DNA of 63,007 nt, filler included, from Octopus bimaculoides (taxonomy: Eukaryota): NCBI RefSeq assembly GCF_001194135.2. It is 5 parts of 5 records of this genome, joined end to end, with 100 filler letters (N's around TTAATTAATTAA, not from the genome) between each part and the next. Parts side by side here need not be neighbours in the genome. Positions count along the whole stretch, not along the records: positions 60,174 to 63,007 come from NC_069004.1; 4 more parts are not named here. One strand, 5' to 3'. Numbering within the stretch: the stretch's first letter is position 1; the number at the start of each line of letters is the position of its first letter. The notes beneath the pieces were generated by a model that had not been told where the DNA came from, made no database searches, and saw only the letters and a list, made by a program, of their open reading frames with translations. Shown here in pieces: positions 60,074 to 63,007 of this stretch. A program made the position numbers and the translations under genes.

Positions 60074-63007
60074 NNNNNNNNNNNNNNNNNNNNNNNNNNN
60101 NNNNNNNNNNNNNNNNNTTAATTAATTAANNNNNNNNNNNNNNNNNNNNNNNNNNNNNNNNNNNNNNNNNNNNATATATATATAAGTGTGTGTAAGTAAA
60201 TATATATATATATATATATTATATACGTATAGATAAGTAGAGAGAGAGAGATGTCTATTTATATAAGTAAGAGACTGTGTTTGCATGCTTGCACGTATAT
60301 TTGTTCTCATGACGTATGTAGATACGTTTGCATGTACGTTAATACGTATACATGTATCTGCTTGTGTATATATTTCCATGAATGTATGTATACAAGCATT
60401 TATGTATGCAGCACATATGTGTATGTATATATGTGTATATTGCATATATGTAANNNNNNNNNNNNNNNNNNNNNNNNNNNNNNNNNNNNNNNNNNNNNNN
60501 NNNNNNNNNNNNNNNNNNNNNNNNNNNNNNNNNNNNNNNNNNNNNNNNNNNNNTGTGTGTGTGTGTGTGTGTGTGCGTGTGTGTGTGTGTGTGTGCGTGT
60601 GTCCGTCTGTCTGTCTGTGTGTTTGTGTGTGTGTGTGTATAATTCTTTAGAAAGTTGCATTTATGTACAAAAGAATGTATGCGTATGTGCATGTATATAC
60701 TTGTATGTATATACTTGTATGTATATACTATATATATACTTGTATGTGCATGTATATACTTGTATGTATTTGTATGAGTGTCTACTCGTATTGACTTATG
60801 TTATGGTTTTATAGTAATTTTATTATTTATGTATTTAGTATTTTAATTATTGTTGTTGTTGTTCTTTGTTATTTGCTAAAATCGTGTATACACACATATT
60901 TGTATTTCCTACTTAGCCCAAAATTGCTTCTTGTTATTTCATTTATTTATTTATATATTTTCTGCTAAGTTTATTTTTATTTTTCATTGTTTTTCTCGTG
61001 TCCAAAATATACGTGCAACTCTCGTATCCTTCAGTCGAATTTAGTGCGGTGATGTATGCATGTAAATAAATGTGTATGTATATGAACGCATGTCAGTGTG
61101 TGTTTGTTTCAGGATAATCAATATGTGAGTATAAATAAAAGTATACATGAATATTTCTATATAAATATATATGTTTATATATATANNNNNNNNNNNNNNN
61201 NNNNNNNNNNNNNNNNNNNNNNNNNNNNNNNNNNNNNNNNNNNNNNNNNNNNNNNNNNNNNNNNNNNNNNNNNNNNNNNNNNNNNNNNNNNNNNNNNNNN
61301 NNNNNNNNNNNNNNNNNNNNNNNNNNNNNNNNNNNNNNNNNNNNNNNNNNNNNNNNNNNNNNNNNNNNNNNNNNNNNNNNNNNNNNNNNNNNNNNNNNNN
61401 NNNNNNNNNNNNNNNNNNNNNNNNNNNNNNNNNNNNNNNNNNNNNNNNNNNNNNNNNNNNNNNNNNNNNNNNNNNNNNNNNNNNNNNNNNNNNNNNNNNN
61501 NNNNNNNNNNNNNNNNNNNNNNNNNNNNNNNNNNNNNNNNNNNNNNNNNNNNNNNNNNNNNNNNNNNNNNNNNNNNNNNNNNNNNNNNNNNNNNNNNNNN
61601 NNNNNNNNNNNNNNNNNNNNNNNNNNNNNNNNNNNNNNNNNNNNNNNNNNNNNNNNNNNNNNNNNNNNNNNNNNNNNNNNNNNNNNNNNNNNNNNNNNNN
61701 NNNNNNNNNNNNNNNNNNNNNNNNNNNNNNNNNNNNNNNNNNNNNNNNNNNNNNNNNNNNNNNNNNNNNNNNNNNNNNNNNNNNNNNNNNNNNNNNNNNN
61801 NNNNNNNNNNNNNNNNNNNNNNNNNNNNNNNNNNNNNNNNNNNNNNNNNNNNNNNNNNNNNNNNNNNNNNNNNNNNNNNNNNNNNNNNNNNNNNNNNNNN
61901 NNNNNNNNNNNNNNNNNNNNNNNNNNNNNNNNNNNNNNNNNNNNNNNNNNNNNNNNNNNNNNNNNNNNNNNNNNNNNNNNNNNNNNNNNNNNNNNNNNNN
62001 NNNNNNNNNNNNNNNNNNNNNNNNNNNNNNNNNNNNNNNNNNNNNNNNNNNNNNNNNNNNNNNNNNNNNNNNNNNNNNNNNNNNNNNNNNNNNNNNNNNN
62101 NNNNNATATATATATATATATATATAATAATTTTTTTCCAGAGGATGTAGCAACCGTTACCAATATAGCATAAGAACTTACCTTAGGAGATCATTAATTA
62201 GATTCCTTAAGGGTCGTTCTCACAGTTTATATTTATATCATAAGATTTTTAAACTTTTAAATTTTCATATTCAAAAGAGACAGAGACTTCAAATTCGATA
62301 TATCGATTTATTCACCACTCTATGTTAACATTTCTGTGCCAAACTTATCCAGTGACTGGTCCATTGGATTTAGACGTTTGGCACTTCTTCATATATATAT
62401 ATATTGACAGTTCTTTAAAACTTTCATTTACGTACAATAAAATGGATGCATATATGTATAGGTATAGGTTTGTATGAATATCTACCTATAGAAACGTTTG
62501 CGATTATGGTTTATTACTGTTGTTGCTGTTGTTCTTGTTTGTTATTTGTCGAAATTGCATACACACACATATCTATACCTTCTGCTTCCCCTATAACAAA
62601 ATTGTGTATTCTTTATTTGTGTCAGAAATATGTTTGTAACTGTCGTAACATACATTCGAATTTATTATGTGATAATGTTAGTACATGAGTCTAACGTGGG
62701 TAGCTGATGAAGTAGAATGTTCTCTATGTGGCTTGTGTGTTTCCTCGTCTACGTTTTGTTTGCAATGTCCTGTACACAGATATGCAGCTATACATACAGG
62801 TGGATGTTGGTATGCACATACCTGTACGTATATATGCATATACTCATTTACTATTTGTTTTTACATGACTTGAACGCAGCGTCTCCAATTGTAAGTAGTT
62901 TTCGTAAACTTATATCTTCCGACGCTACTCTATCTCTTTCTCTTTCTCTTCCTCTATCTTTTTCCCCCCTCTCGTTCTTCCCCTTTACTACTACGTATAT
63001 CGCTTTA

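Noticed and set aside
62176-62184. Perfect minus-strand donor AAG|GTAAGT
   Set aside because: All frames upstream are closed and no acceptor was found; about one such 9-mer is expected by chance in this much AT-rich DNA.
233-62873. Most ORFs in the supplied track (YIYIY, CVCVC, HTHTH, LSIY, poly-X, poly-I/M/L)
   Set aside because: Translations of microsatellites or read-through of N runs; no coding evidence.
1-63007. CRISPR-like or regularly spaced arrays
   Set aside because: No conserved repeat with unique constant-length spacers; recurring motifs are dispersed SINEs, and the 55-kb repeat has homologous, irregular spacers.

Overview
AT-rich, microsatellite-dense eukaryotic genomic DNA from a gapped draft assembly. 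The SINE, RTE and Penelope repertoire points to an octopod cephalopod (Octopus-like); this is an inference from repeat families, not a database match. Most of the window is intronic or intergenic and filled with decayed transposons: several tRNA-derived SINE families, RTE, BovB-like, CR1/L2 and R4/Dong-type LINE fragments, Penelope-like elements (PLEs), a FLYWCH-MULE transposon with both termini, a mariner fragment and several MITEs. No long host ORF is present. I found two phase-compatible spliced coding exons of an unidentified minus-strand gene (30841-30945, 30228-30342) and candidate exons of an unidentified plus-strand gene (45.6-56.1 kb). The most notable signals are: (1) several small type-I hammerhead ribozyme motifs in probable PLE termini, three with a non-canonical CCGANGA core and one structurally complete (17763-17816, minus strand); (2) kb-scale CpG-retention versus CpG-loss domains readable from same-family SINE copies; (3) long inverted repeats able to form dsRNA. 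No prokaryotic features (CRISPR, operons, rRNA) are supported. All alignments and folds were done by eye; coordinates of decayed repeats are approximate.
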